Source: Paenibacillaceae bacterium (GTDB taxonomy: Bacteria; Bacillota; Bacilli; Paenibacillales; JAWLCZ01). Taken from it: a DNA stretch of 24,000 nucleotides. Location of the stretch: the NCBI GenBank assembly GCA_041686835.1, contig JAWLCZ010000040.1, positions 1 through 24,000 on the forward strand, read 5' to 3'. Below the pieces are notes generated by a model. The model did not search any database. It was not told the DNA's origin and was given only the letters and a program-made list of their open reading frames with translations. Shown one piece after another: positions 7,939-16,926 of this stretch (the first letter of the stretch is position 1; the number at the start of each line of letters is the position of its first letter). The position numbers and the translations under genes were made by a program.

Positions 7939-9753
7939 TTATTCGTCGATTTTCAACACGGCCATGAACGCTTCCTGCGGCACTTCGACGGTGCCGACCT
8001 GCTTCATCCGTTTTTTCCCTTCCTTCTGCTTCTCCAGCAGCTTTCTTTTCCGGGAAATGTCGCCGCCGTAGCATTTGGCCAGCACGTTTTTGCGCATCGC
8101 TTTCACCGTTTCGCGGGCGATGACTTTATTGCCGATGGCCGCCTGAATCGGCACTTCGAACATTTGCCGCGGGATGATCTCCCGCAGCTTCTCGCATAAT
8201 ACGCGGCCCCGCTGGTAGGCGCGATCCCGGTGCACAATGAACGAAAGCGCGTCGACCTTCTCCCCGTTGAGCAGGATGTCCATTTTGACGAGATTCGATT
8301 GGCGGTAGCCGGACAGCTCATAGTCGAAAGAAGCGTATCCTTTCGTGCTCGACTTGAGCTGATCGAAGAAATCGTACACGATTTCGGACAGCGGAATGTC
8401 GTAAGTGAGCGTGACCCGGTTCGTGTCCAAATATTCCATGTTCAGAAATTCGCCGCGCTTCGACTGGCACAATTCCATAATCGCCCCGACATAGTCGTTG
8501 GGCACGATAATCGAAGCCTTGACATACGGTTCTTCGACGCGTTCGATTTTACCGGTTTCCGGCATGTTCGTCGGGTTGTCGATTTCCAGCACTTCCCCGC
8601 TGGTCGTCGTGACCTTGTAGATTACGCTTGGCGCCGTCGTTATGAGCGGGATATTGAACTCTCTTTCAATCCGTTCCTGGATAATTTCCATGTGCAGCAG
8701 CCCGAGAAAGCCGCAGCGAAAACCGAAGCCGAGCGCCGTCGACGTTTCCGGTTCGTACCGGAGCGACGCGTCGTTCAGTTCCAGCTTCTCCAACGCTTCG
8801 CGCAGGTCGTCGTAATCCGACGTGTCGATCGGGTACAGTCCGCAAAACACCATCGGATTGATGCGCCGATAACCGGGAAGCGGTTCTGCGGCGGGGTTGG
8901 CGGCATCGGTGATCGTATCGCCGACGCGCGTATCCTTCACGTTTTTGATTCCGGCGACGACGAAGCCGACGTCCCCCACGTTCAGTTCATCGACGATGGT
9001 CATGCGCGGTTTGAACACGCCGACCTCAATCACTTCGAACGTTTTGTCCGTCGCCATCATTTTGATTTTCGATCCGGGCCTGATTTTGCCGTCCATGATC
9101 CGGACGTAAGTGATGACGCCTTTATACGGGTCATAGTGCGAGTCGAAGATGAGCGCCTTGAGCGGCTTGTCCGCATCTCCGGACGGCGCGGGCACTTTCT
9201 TGACGATTTGCTCCAATATTTCCTTGATGCCGATTCCCGCTTTCGCCGAAGCAAGCACCGCTTCGCTCGCGTCAAGGCCGATGATGTCTTCGATTTCCTG
9301 CTTCACCCTGTCCGGTTCCGCGCTGGGCAGGTCGATTTTGTTGATGACCGGCAATATCTCAAGATTGTTGTCCAACGCCAAATAGACGTTGGCCAGCGTC
9401 TGCGCTTCGATGCCCTGCGCCGCATCGACGACAAGCAGCGCCCCTTCGCAGGCGGCCAAGCTGCGGGATACTTCGTACGTGAAGTCGACGTGCCCGGGGG
9501 TGTCGATCAAATTGAGCACATATTCTTCCCCGTCGTCAGCACGGTAGTTCAGGCGCACCGCCTGCAGTTTTATCGTAATGCCGCGCTCCCTTTCCAGTTC
9601 CATCTGATCCAGCACCTGATCCTGCATTTCCCGGTTGGACAGCGCGCCTGTATATTCCAGTATTCGGTCGGCCAAAGTGGATTTGCCGTGATCGATATGC
9701 GCGATAATGCAAAAATTGCGAATCTTTTGTTGTCTGTTCTGATCGTCAGCCAT
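7939..9753 (-). CDS. lepA: Elongation factor 4 (LepA), 604 aa
   Basis: [34 protein letters not shown]... carries the GTPase motifs [14 protein letters not shown] and NKID and has the LepA-typical C-terminal domain. RBS GGTGGGGG upstream. Confidence 0.97.
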   Translation of the reverse strand: MADDQNRQQKIRNFCIIAHIDHGKSTLADRILEYTGALSNREMQDQVLDQMELERERGITIKLQAVRLNYRADDGEEYVLNLIDTPGHVDFTYEVSRSLAACEGALLVVDAAQGIEAQTLANVYLALDNNLEILPVINKIDLPSAEPDRVKQEIEDIIGLDASEAVLASAKAGIGIKEILEQIVKKVPAPSGDADKPLKALIFDSHYDPYKGVITYVRIMDGKIRPGSKIKMMATDKTFEVIEVGVFKPRMTIVDELNVGDVGFVVAGIKNVKDTRVGDTITDAANPAAEPLPGYRRINPMVFCGLYPIDTSDYDDLREALEKLELNDASLRYEPETSTALGFGFRCGFLGLLHMEIIQERIEREFNIPLITTAPSVIYKVTTTSGEVLEIDNPTNMPETGKIERVEEPYVKASIIVPNDYVGAIMELCQSKRGEFLNMEYLDTNRVTLTYDIPLSEIVYDFFDQLKSSTKGYASFDYELSGYRQSNLVKMDILLNGEKVDALSFIVHRDRAYQRGRVLCEKLREIIPRQMFEVPIQAAIGNKVIARETVKAMRKNVLAKCYGGDISRKRKLLEKQKEGKKRMKQVGTVEVPQEAFMAVLKIDE

Positions 9754-9786
9754 TCTTTACCCCCACCAAAGCGCTAAAATAACTTT

Positions 9787-9815
9787 ATTATACCAGTTGC
9801 CGGGTAACGCTTCAA
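9787..9815 (-). promoter_or_regulatory. Candidate sigmaA promoter for lepA
   Basis: On the minus strand: TTGAAG (9815..9810), a 17-nt spacer, then TGgTATAAT (extended -10; hexamer 9792..9787), about 35 nt upstream of the lepA ATG. Confidence 0.5.
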
Positions 9816-9822
9816 TGCGGCA

Positions 9823-10206
9823 TTAATCGAGTATTCCGTCCAGTAACGATACGAATCCTTTAATGGCATAATGCGCCAATATTTGCAGCAGATCGCCCGT
9901 CTTTGCCGCCAGATGGCGCACCAACGGCCGCTCCCCGGAGTCGTGCGGTTCCACGGCTTCGGCACCCGCCAACCGCTCCGGCGGCCTCTCCGCTGCCGGC
10001 GGAGGGGCTTGTACGTTGGGCGCTCGCACCGCGGACGTCCCGGGTTTCCCGGCGACGTTCGCCTTAAGCGGCGCGTCCGCCGCCGTCTGTGCGGCCATCG
10101 GACCGTTGATGCGCTCGATTCCCCGTGTCGCCATGTCTACCCCGAAAAACATGCCCAAAACTACAAGCGCGCCGAGAAACATCATTTTCATCGCATAGCG
10201 AGGCAT
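9823..10206 (-). CDS. YqxA-like small membrane protein (DUF3679-like), 127 aa
   Basis: MPRYAMKMMFLGALVVLGMFFGVDMATRGIERING... has an N-terminal TM helix followed by a Pro/Ala-rich linker. It sits between spoIIP and lepA, as yqxA does in B. subtilis. Trimmed to ATG 10206 on the spacing of the GGGGA RBS. Confidence 0.7.
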   Translation of the reverse strand: MPRYAMKMMFLGALVVLGMFFGVDMATRGIERINGPMAAQTAADAPLKANVAGKPGTSAVRAPNVQAPPPAAERPPERLAGAEAVEPHDSGERPLVRHLAAKTGDLLQILAHYAIKGFVSLLDGILD

Positions 10207-10253
10207 ATTCATTCCCCACGTTTCCGCCATTTATCCGAATCGGACGCCCGCCG

Positions 10254-11597
10254 TCAGGACGTTTTTTTCACCAACGTATCCGCGGGCGCATTCACTTTTT
10301 CCGCCTGCCGATAAATCTCCGCGACGACCTGCGCCAGCACGTCGACGGTACGGTAGCACTCCTCAAGCGTGTTGTCCACTCCGCCAATCTCGATCAATAT
10401 GCTGTGGGGGGAAATCGACTGGTTGTACTCCCCGTGCCCGGAAGATTTATTTTTGCCGAATATGCCCCTCGATAAGCCGGGATACCGCTTGTCCAGCTCG
10501 TCGCTAATCTGCTTGGCAAAATCGTCGTTTTTCCGCCAGTTCGGATTTCCGTGTCCGATGATGAAATACACTTGGGCATACGTTTTGCCGTTAATCGTTG
10601 CCGTCGTTTTGCTGCGTCCCTGCGAATCGCGGTGAATATCGATGAAATACTGCAGATCCGGGTTGACGGCGAACGCTTCCTTCACCGTGGCGGAAGAATA
10701 TTTGTACGAGAAATTCCAGTTGTACCCTTTGATTTCCGTGGCATAATCTTTGCCCGAGTGAACCGCCCCTATGCCTAATCCTTCCAATTTTTCCGCCATT
10801 CTTTTCCCGAGCAGCGTCACGTTGATCTCCGCATCGTTGGCGTCTTTTTTCTTCGTCTTGAGCTCGGGATACCACGATTCCCGATTGTGCGAATGGTAAA
10901 TAAAGACGACCTTTTTCTTTTCCGGCTGTTTCCCGGCCTGCGTGCCTCCCGGCGTTTCGTTCCCGGGCGGGCTCTGCGGATTCGCGCTGCCGCTGCCGGG
11001 TTCCGGCGACTTGCCGCCGTCCGTTCCGCTCAGCGTGCCGCCATCTGTTCCGTTTGGCGCACCTCCGTCTGTTCCGCTTGGCGCACCTTTGCCGCCGTCA
11101 GCCGTACCGCCGTTTGGCTGCGAGGGACGATGGGGCTTTAAACTGTCCGCCGGCGGATGGTAATCCTGAGGGTATACCGAAGTGTTCGTTCCCGAACCTT
11201 TATGCAGCAAAATTGCGCTGTCGCTTCCCATGAGCGGCACTTCTCTGGCGATAAAGCTTTTCGGATCCAGAGGATTTATGCTCGTTAAAAACTGGAATAC
11301 GAATCCGGAAACGTTTTTCGGCGAAAACGTGGAGGCCTTCACATCGCGGTTCATATGGGCGACCTCCATCGCCATCATATCCATAAAAAATTGGCTGGAA
11401 ACCGCCGCAGCGATTCCTTTCATCGAAGATACGGGCGATGTCGTCATTCGGGACTGTAAAAATCCCGCCAGCCCGAAAACGATGAAGAAACATAGCGTGC
11501 ATACGGCCATCAGAGCAAACGCCCGGCCGACCGCACCCATTCTCCGGCCGAACTGTCCCGCTTTGCCGATATTTCTGCTCATCGTCGTCCATTTCAT
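10254..11597 (-). CDS. spoIIP: Stage II sporulation protein P (SpoIIP), 447 aa
   Basis: The C-terminal domain VVFIYHSHNRESWYPEL...YFIDIHRDS...ILIEIGGVDNTLEE is typical of the SpoIIP amidase/endopeptidase family. The N-terminus has a TM segment. The track ORF was trimmed to ATG 11597, which follows GGGAGGAACTGGA. Confidence 0.9.
   Translation of the reverse strand: MKWTTMSRNIGKAGQFGRRMGAVGRAFALMAVCTLCFFIVFGLAGFLQSRMTTSPVSSMKGIAAAVSSQFFMDMMAMEVAHMNRDVKASTFSPKNVSGFVFQFLTSINPLDPKSFIAREVPLMGSDSAILLHKGSGTNTSVYPQDYHPPADSLKPHRPSQPNGGTADGGKGAPSGTDGGAPNGTDGGTLSGTDGGKSPEPGSGSANPQSPPGNETPGGTQAGKQPEKKKVVFIYHSHNRESWYPELKTKKKDANDAEINVTLLGKRMAEKLEGLGIGAVHSGKDYATEIKGYNWNFSYKYSSATVKEAFAVNPDLQYFIDIHRDSQGRSKTTATINGKTYAQVYFIIGHGNPNWRKNDDFAKQISDELDKRYPGLSRGIFGKNKSSGHGEYNQSISPHSILIEIGGVDNTLEECYRTVDVLAQVVAEIYRQAEKVNAPADTLVKKTS
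11013..11108 (-). repeat. Four imperfect 24-bp tandem repeats inside spoIIP encoding a G-T-D-G-G-rich linker
   Basis: Plus-strand units are gccgccgtccgttccgctcagcgt / gccgccatctgttccgtttggcgc / acctccgtctgttccgcttggcgc / acctttgccgccgtcagccgtacc. The corresponding protein stretch is GGTADGGKGAPSGTDGGAPNGTDGGTLSGTDGGKSPEP. Confidence 0.7.
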
Positions 11598-11709
11598 TCC
11601 AGTTCCTCCCGTCTTTCGATTGTCTTTGAATCTATCTAGTAAGCAATCTATGAAACGGAAGAAGTAGATAGAACCGGATAAAAGAAAAACTTTCGGCGTT
11701 CGGGGACAG

Positions 11710-11732
11710 AAAAAAAGCTCCTTACCGGAGCC
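11710..11732 (-). terminator. Weak candidate terminator overlapping the stop of the upstream gene
   Basis: On the minus strand: GGCTCC-ggtaa-GGAGCT (6 bp including one G-U pair) followed by TTTTTTT. The TAA stop (11724..11722) lies in the loop. Confidence 0.35.
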
Positions 11733-12846
11733 GCGCAGAACGGGATATCGTATGAATACAGCCGATTTTCCATCCGTCATTCCATGTTTTTTGCAGTTGA
11801 AAATAGAGCGTCGTTTTTTGTTTCCCCGTACCCACGCGATAAATTTCCGTTTCGACGGGAATTTCCGTCAGCAACAGACCGGCGGTATCGGAGACGGGGA
11901 GAGAGGAACGCTGACGGACGGCCTTCACATTCCCCATGTTTTCCAGAAAAGACTCCAGCTGATTCCCGTTGCCGGGAGCGAAGCTCATTTCAAGCAGCTG
12001 CGAATCTTTTTCATGCAGCGCCGTCATGAACACCCGCACCAATTCGTCCGGGGTCAATCCGCGAAAATATTCCTCCAATTTCCCTGCGGCCCGGTAAACC
12101 ATCAGTTGATGATCCGGGTCTTTGTTGCCGGATCCGTGCGTCACGCTGTCGAGAAAATGGATGCAAAAGTGACCGGAAAACGCGTTGCCGGAAATCCCGT
12201 CTCCGCCGTGCGGCATCCCGTTCATCGACGCGGCGATGAACCGTCCGTCTTTATGGACGAGAATCGCCCTTCTTTTCCAGCTCCATTCCCCGCCGTAAAC
12301 GCGTTTCATCGTCTGCGTATCTTCTTTGGACAAAGGCTGGACATCGGCGTGATGTTTTCCCGCTCTTCGCTGCACGTTGAAGCGGAGCCCCGACTCCAGA
12401 TCGATGACGGTAAACTTGCTTTTTCGCGAAACGATCTCCTTCGCGACGTCCCACGGCATGAGGGTTCCGTAGTGCGCTGCCCTTAACGAATCGGCGTACT
12501 GCCGGAGGCGGGCTTTGAGGGCACCGGGGAATTTCAACGCTTCTCCGTTCTCGGCGTCATATAAGGTGCCGGAACGATCCATGATATACGTCCCTTGCAA
12601 TTTAGGGTGTTCAATCGTAACGTAAACGTCGGATACGGGAATATGACCCGCCTTGCTTTTTACCGATCGCTTTACGATGCGATCGAGCATGGGGCCTGAA
12701 ATGACCGTCAGCTTCGACTGATGAGTCGCTCCCGGCGACGATTGAACGACAATAGCGAGCCGTTTGGCCGGTTCGGCGGAAACGGGATTCGCCGGATAAG
12801 TCAGAAGCATGCAGCCGAATAACAAGGTTGCGATTCTTTGGAGCAT
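11722..12846 (-). CDS. Uncharacterised secreted protein (374 aa) with a His-rich conserved core
   Basis: MLQRIATLLFGCMLLTYPANPVSAEPAKR looks like a signal peptide. The core segment YGGEWSWKRRAILVHKDGRFIAASMNGMPHGGDGISGNAFSGHFCIHFLDSVTHGSG looks enzyme-like, but I cannot assign a family. Trimmed to ATG 12846 (GGAGG 9 nt upstream). Confidence 0.75.
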   Translation of the reverse strand: MLQRIATLLFGCMLLTYPANPVSAEPAKRLAIVVQSSPGATHQSKLTVISGPMLDRIVKRSVKSKAGHIPVSDVYVTIEHPKLQGTYIMDRSGTLYDAENGEALKFPGALKARLRQYADSLRAAHYGTLMPWDVAKEIVSRKSKFTVIDLESGLRFNVQRRAGKHHADVQPLSKEDTQTMKRVYGGEWSWKRRAILVHKDGRFIAASMNGMPHGGDGISGNAFSGHFCIHFLDSVTHGSGNKDPDHQLMVYRAAGKLEEYFRGLTPDELVRVFMTALHEKDSQLLEMSFAPGNGNQLESFLENMGNVKAVRQRSSLPVSDTAGLLLTEIPVETEIYRVGTGKQKTTLYFQLQKTWNDGWKIGCIHTISRSARLR

Positions 12847-12913
12847 TGAACGTTTCCTCCGCAATCGAGTATAGGCTTAAATACGTCCGCTGCGCTGCGC
12901 AAAAGATGCGGCC

Positions 12914-13912
12914 TCAGTGCGTATAGGCCGCCACGTTGTCCGTGTCCACCGCCTCGTGCAGGGCCGCGTTTAATCCGCTGGCGATCATGTTGGCGATATC
13001 TTCAATAAATTGGTCGATTTCTTTCGGAGTGACAAGCAGATCGTGGCCTAGCGGATGGAGCACTTCTTTCACGAGCTGAAGCCGCTCGTTTTCTTCCATT
13101 CCGTCCAGCATCCCGAAAATTTGTTCGGTATGCCGCGTTTGCTTTTTAAAATGGCTGACGATCAATTCGATGCTGTTCGTGACAATCGTGGAGGCGTACA
13201 CGACGGTCGGGACGCCGATCGCGATGACCGGGACGCCGAGCCATTCTTTCGTCAATCCTTTCCGTTTGTTGCCGATGCCCGATCCGGGATGGATGCCGGT
13301 GTCGGCAATCTGTATCGTCGTGTTGACCCGTTCCAGCGCCCGGGAAGCGAGCGAATCGACCGCGATGACCAGATCCGGCCTGGACTTTTCCACGATACCT
13401 TGAACGATTTCGCTCGTTTCAATGCCTGTCGTTCCCAGAACCCCGGGAGCCACCGCGCTCACTTGCCGGAATCCGGGATTCACTTTATCCGGCATCAACT
13501 CGAAATAATGCCGCGTCACCAAGACATTGTCCACCACGAGCGGTCCTAAAGAGTCCGGAGTCACGTTCCAGTTGCCTAACCCGATAATCAACACTTTTGC
13601 GGACGGCGCGATGCCGATTTTTTGCAGGAACGATTCGAACTCCTGCGCCAGCCTCGTCGCCACCCGGTTTTGCAAATCGGAATCCTTCTGCCTGAGCGCG
13701 GGAACTTCAAGCGTGATATAGTGCCCGGGCAATTTACCGATCGCATGCGCTCCTTCGTCCGTCAGCACGTCGATTCTCGTCACCGTAATGTCTCCGTCAT
13801 GCTCCGTTTCCGTACGCACCCCGGGAATCTGGTCGCTGCCGGAGGAACGGGAGGCGATCTCTTTGGCCTCCAGCGCCAGATCGGTTCTTTCCGAAAATTT
13901 GCTCCAATCCAT
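12914..13912 (-). CDS. gpr: Germination protease GPR (spore SASP endopeptidase), 332 aa
   Basis: MDWSKFSERTDLALEAKEIA... is a GPR-family N-terminus (RTDLAxEA). Full-length similarity pattern, AAAGGAGA RBS, and the conserved neighbourhood with spoIIP and rpsT all support the call. Confidence 0.95.
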   Translation of the reverse strand: MDWSKFSERTDLALEAKEIASRSSGSDQIPGVRTETEHDGDITVTRIDVLTDEGAHAIGKLPGHYITLEVPALRQKDSDLQNRVATRLAQEFESFLQKIGIAPSAKVLIIGLGNWNVTPDSLGPLVVDNVLVTRHYFELMPDKVNPGFRQVSAVAPGVLGTTGIETSEIVQGIVEKSRPDLVIAVDSLASRALERVNTTIQIADTGIHPGSGIGNKRKGLTKEWLGVPVIAIGVPTVVYASTIVTNSIELIVSHFKKQTRHTEQIFGMLDGMEENERLQLVKEVLHPLGHDLLVTPKEIDQFIEDIANMIASGLNAALHEAVDTDNVAAYTH

Positions 13913-13947
13913 GATACCCGTCTCCTTTCATTCAAATCGTTCCCACT

Positions 13948-13977
13948 TATTTTGCAATGTTGCCCGGCGTCTTATAC
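13948..13977 (-). promoter_or_regulatory. Weak candidate forespore (sigmaG/F-type) promoter for gpr
   Basis: On the minus strand: GTATA (13977..13973), an 18-nt spacer, then CAAAATA (13954..13948), about 35 nt upstream of the ATG. This loosely resembles GnATA-N18-CATnnTA. gpr is forespore-expressed in Bacillus. Confidence 0.3.
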
Positions 13978-14038
13978 CCGTTTGCTTGTGCGCCTTTTCC
14001 CGCCGTTGCCCCTCTTATCGCATGTGCGCTTTACGCTA

Positions 14039-14067
14039 TTGCATTTTGCCTATGCGCGTGGTAGAAT
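14039..14067 (+). promoter_or_regulatory. Candidate sigmaA promoter for rpsT
   Basis: TTGCAT (14039-14044), a 17-nt spacer, then TGgTAGAAT (extended -10; hexamer 14062-14067). Confidence 0.5.
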
Positions 14068-14132
14068 GTCTAAAGTTGTGAAAAATACCGGTTCAAAATG
14101 GGTAACGGTTGTTTGTCGAGGAGGTGAATGCA

Positions 14133-14405
14133 ATGCCTAACATCAAATCTGCGATCAAAAGAGTGAAAACGAGTGAAAAGCGCCGTCTTCGCAACGCTTC
14201 GCAAAAATCCGCCCTTCGTACTGCGGTAAAGGCTGTTGAGGTTGCCGTAGCGAACAATGACGTGGAAAACGCGAAAGCAGCCCTCTTGACTGCAACCAAA
14301 AAGTTGGACAAAGCAGTAACAAAAGGATTAATCCATAGAAACGCAGCTGACCGCAAAAAATCGCGGCTGGCCAAAAAAATCAATTCGCTCATCGCTCAAG
14401 CTTAA
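14133..14405 (+). CDS. rpsT: 30S ribosomal protein S20 (90 aa)
   Basis: [33 protein letters not shown]... is unmistakably S20. RBS GAGGAGGTG at 14118-14126. The track ORF was trimmed from 14109. Confidence 0.97.
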   Translation: MPNIKSAIKRVKTSEKRRLRNASQKSALRTAVKAVEVAVANNDVENAKAALLTATKKLDKAVTKGLIHRNAADRKKSRLAKKINSLIAQA

Positions 14406-14415
14406 CCGCGAACGC

Positions 14416-14460
14416 AAAAAGTCCATGAACGCTCAAAAGAGCGAAATCATGGACTTTTTT
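14416..14460. terminator. Bidirectional intrinsic terminator between convergent rpsT and holA
   Basis: AAAAAGTCCATGA (14416-14428) pairs with TCATGGACTTTTT (14447-14459). The A-run and T-run flanks give a U-tract on either strand. Confidence 0.8.
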
Positions 14461-14480
14461 CTTGCCTTTCCCGCAGCGGA

Positions 14481-15500
14481 CTAGCCCGCCAATGAAAGCA
14501 CAAACATTTCGAGCCCTAGCACCTTGTCGATTTTACCGCTTTTCATTTGGTAATCAAGCTCGGCCAGCCGCGCCAAAATGGCGTTTAACTGCTGCGGAGT
14601 ATAGGCCCGCCCTTGTTCCCCGGCCAGTTTCACGGCATAGGGATGAAGACCGAGCTTCCCTGCAATCTGCTGCTGGGAATACCCTTGGCGGGACAATTCC
14701 TTTACCTGCAAAATGATGCGAAACTGGCGCGCCATGAGCAACAACAGCTTGATCGGTTCTTCGCGCCGGTTCAGCAGATCGTACAGCATATCGAGCGCTT
14801 TCTTCATTCGCAGCCTGACGATTTCTTCAATCAGGATGAACACGTTCTGTTCCGTGCTGCGGACGACCAGCTGCTCGACCGAATGCTTCGTAATTTCCCC
14901 GTCGGAACCCGCAAACAGGCAAAGTTTTTCGATTTCCCCCGCAAGCGCCTGCAAATTCGTCCCCGCACTGACAATCAAGCTTTCCACCGCGCCGTCTTCG
15001 AAGGTGAAGCCGGCTTTTTCCGCTCTGCGTTTCACCCACTGGACGAGCTCATCGGACGACAACGCCGCAAACGGAACGAGCCCTCCCGACTCTTTGATCA
15101 TTTTCACGATTTTTTTCCGCTCGTCTACTTTTTCCGCATCCACCGTAAAGACGATGACGCTGTAGTCTGCGGGCGATTGCATATATTCCAGCAGCCGTTC
15201 GATTCGGTGTTCCACCTTCGAGCTGTCTTTGGCGGCCGTAAAAAACTGCGCATCCCGGGCGATAATCAGCTTCCTCGGCACCAGAAAAGGAAGCGTCTCC
15301 GCGTCTTCGATGACGGCTTCCACATTCGTCTCCGACATTTCGAACTTGCTTACGGCAAGGTCGCGATGCTCCGGTTCGATTAACCGCTCGGTCAGAAATG
15401 CGAGAAACTCTTGCAGCAAATGCTTTTCCGGCCCGTAGCACAAATAAACGGGAAGAATGCTTCCCTTTTCGATTCGTTTGACCGCCTGTTTGTAGTCCAT
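14481..15500 (-). CDS. holA: DNA polymerase III delta subunit (HolA), 339 aa
   Basis: MDYKQAVKRIEKGSILPVYLCYGPEKHLLQEF...LPFLVPRKLIIARDAQFF is the delta-subunit N-terminal pattern. Convergent with rpsT, as in Bacillus. RBS AGAGGTG. Confidence 0.9.
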   Translation of the reverse strand: MDYKQAVKRIEKGSILPVYLCYGPEKHLLQEFLAFLTERLIEPEHRDLAVSKFEMSETNVEAVIEDAETLPFLVPRKLIIARDAQFFTAAKDSSKVEHRIERLLEYMQSPADYSVIVFTVDAEKVDERKKIVKMIKESGGLVPFAALSSDELVQWVKRRAEKAGFTFEDGAVESLIVSAGTNLQALAGEIEKLCLFAGSDGEITKHSVEQLVVRSTEQNVFILIEEIVRLRMKKALDMLYDLLNRREEPIKLLLLMARQFRIILQVKELSRQGYSQQQIAGKLGLHPYAVKLAGEQGRAYTPQQLNAILARLAELDYQMKSGKIDKVLGLEMFVLSLAG

Positions 15501-15529
15501 CCGCTACACCTCTTCAGCACCATCTTACC

Positions 15530-15570
15530 AATAATAAAGGGATTACGTCAAAATCCGGCGTAATCCCTTT
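15530..15570 (-). terminator. Intrinsic terminator after the sigma/anti-sigma operon
   Basis: On the minus strand: AAAGGGATTACG (15570..15559), an 11-nt loop, then CGTAATCCCTTT (15547..15536), followed by ATTATT. This amounts to a 9-bp GGGATTACG stem with a U-rich tail. Confidence 0.6.
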
Positions 15571-15694
15571 CTATATTAACACACGGCAGAAGGCCTAGGA
15601 ACTTCTGGCCGGGTGGTCACACGACGTTTCACACGTCGCTGACTCTTCATGGATACAATATACGCTGACGCGCGCGATGTGTGCAGGAAATCGG

Positions 15695-16924
15695 TTAATT
15701 TTTCGTTTCGGTCTTCTTATCGACGTCAATGGTGAACTGCTGCTCCGTTTCCCCGGAGACGACCCGGTACGTCAACGTTAAATTGTCCATCCATCGGAAC
15801 AGTTGGACTCTGTCGGATTCCTCCCATTGGTGCTCCGAAACGAAAACGCGCTCTCCCGTCTTCGCATTCGTGATGACGACTTGACGGTTTTCGACTGCCG
15901 CGTTGTAAAGTCCGTCCGGAGAGGTAAGCTGCTGCCGATCCGGCTCGATTGGCGCGAAGAAAGCGGTATGATGTTCCCGGTTTCCCGCTTTTCCCGCATC
16001 CGGAGCTGGCTGTTCCGGCATGATCGTAATCCCGTACAAAGGTTCCTCGGCTTTCCGTTTCCCGTCTTCCTGCCCCACTTGTTCATCTATTCGATTGCCG
16101 GCTGCCGGCTCATCCTCCGGCTGCCGTCGTTCGGGACTATCGCCGGTCGACACGTTGGATGCCGGGTCTTTCTTTATCGTATTTTCATTCGCCGACGCGT
16201 CCGCCGCTTGTTTCTTTCCGTTTCCGGATTCATTTGCCGCCGCGGCATCGGCGGTCTTCTCCCGTTTAGTGTTCGCTGCGGCGGCAGGGGTGTCCTGTTT
16301 ACCGCCCGGCTTCTGATCGAACGTTTGCGCGGATGCGTCGTTATCGGCGCTCGTATCGGCAGTCGTATCGGCGGCAGTCGTACCGGCGATCTCATGATCC
16401 AACGGCGCCTGTTTATCGACTTCACGGTTACTGCCGCTCGCCGGGGCGTCTTCCGCCGCCGAACTGGAGCTTTCGGCGCCGTCCTTGGCCGCTTCGTTCA
16501 ACAGCAGTTCATCGGCTTGTTCAGAAGAAGGACGCTGGCCGATGCCGGCGATAAACATGCCGATAACGATGCCTGCGGCGACGACGCCGCTGACCGTCTT
16601 GAACGGGAACCGAGCAATCCATCTTCGCGTCCGGTTTCCGGATGGGCGTAATGCCGTCGCCCCCGCAGCATTCGCGCGATCAGGCTCGTCCCCGGCAAGT
16701 TGATCGAGTTGTTCCAGCTTCGGAAGGATCGCGTCCACCAAACTGTGCGGAGGAATGACTTTCGGCAAATTGTGCAGTTCGTTAGAAAGGTGCTGCAGAC
16801 GTTCGTACATTTCGGCACACGCGGAACAACGGCGCAGATGCGCAACCATCGCTTCTTGTTCGTTTTCGTTCAGGTCCCCGTCCAGGTCCCTCTGCATCAG
16901 TTCCATCACCTCATCACAAATCAT
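15695..16924 (-). CDS. Anti-sigma factor (zf-HC2 type), single-pass membrane protein with a long acidic low-complexity linker
   Basis: MICDEVMELMQRDLDGDLNENEQEAMVAHLRRCSACAEMYERL carries the H-x3-C-x2-C zinc motif. The TM segment is FKTVSGVVAAGIVIGMFIAGIG. Next comes an A/D/E/T/K-rich region of roughly 170 aa, then a C-terminal beta-rich domain. The start is ATG 16924, or GTG 16930 overlapping the sigma-factor stop (GTGTGA). Confidence 0.85.
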   Translation of the reverse strand: MICDEVMELMQRDLDGDLNENEQEAMVAHLRRCSACAEMYERLQHLSNELHNLPKVIPPHSLVDAILPKLEQLDQLAGDEPDRANAAGATALRPSGNRTRRWIARFPFKTVSGVVAAGIVIGMFIAGIGQRPSSEQADELLLNEAAKDGAESSSSAAEDAPASGSNREVDKQAPLDHEIAGTTAADTTADTSADNDASAQTFDQKPGGKQDTPAAAANTKREKTADAAAANESGNGKKQAADASANENTIKKDPASNVSTGDSPERRQPEDEPAAGNRIDEQVGQEDGKRKAEEPLYGITIMPEQPAPDAGKAGNREHHTAFFAPIEPDRQQLTSPDGLYNAAVENRQVVITNAKTGERVFVSEHQWEESDRVQLFRWMDNLTLTYRVVSGETEQQFTIDVDKKTETKN

Positions 16925-16926
16925 CC

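Noticed and set aside
8230-9777. A 515-aa plus-strand ORF spanning the lepA locus, and similar long ORFs at 6..515, 857..1636, 2222..3145, 4209..5228, 7023..7856, 14613..15383, 15803..16651, 21000..21644 and 23291..23779.
   Set aside because: Each lies antisense to a gene with an unmistakable family signature (lepA, grpE, the chaperonin, hrcA, hemW and so on). Their translations are Arg/His/Phe/Val-rich with no motifs. This is the typical shadow-ORF pattern in GC-rich DNA with strong GC3 bias on the true coding strand.
10231-10253. A T-run (gttttttt) after a short GACG/CGTC pairing near the spoIIP stop, considered as a terminator.
   Set aside because: The stem is only 4 bp, and the T-run is on the plus strand, which is not the coding strand here. 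spoIIP and the yqxA-like gene are more likely co-transcribed.
16331-16388. Short 12-bp tandem repeats (agtcgtatcggc-like), considered as a possible CRISPR or VNTR element.
   Set aside because: They lie inside the anti-sigma factor CDS and simply encode its ADTT/ADTS low-complexity linker. There is no repeat-spacer architecture.
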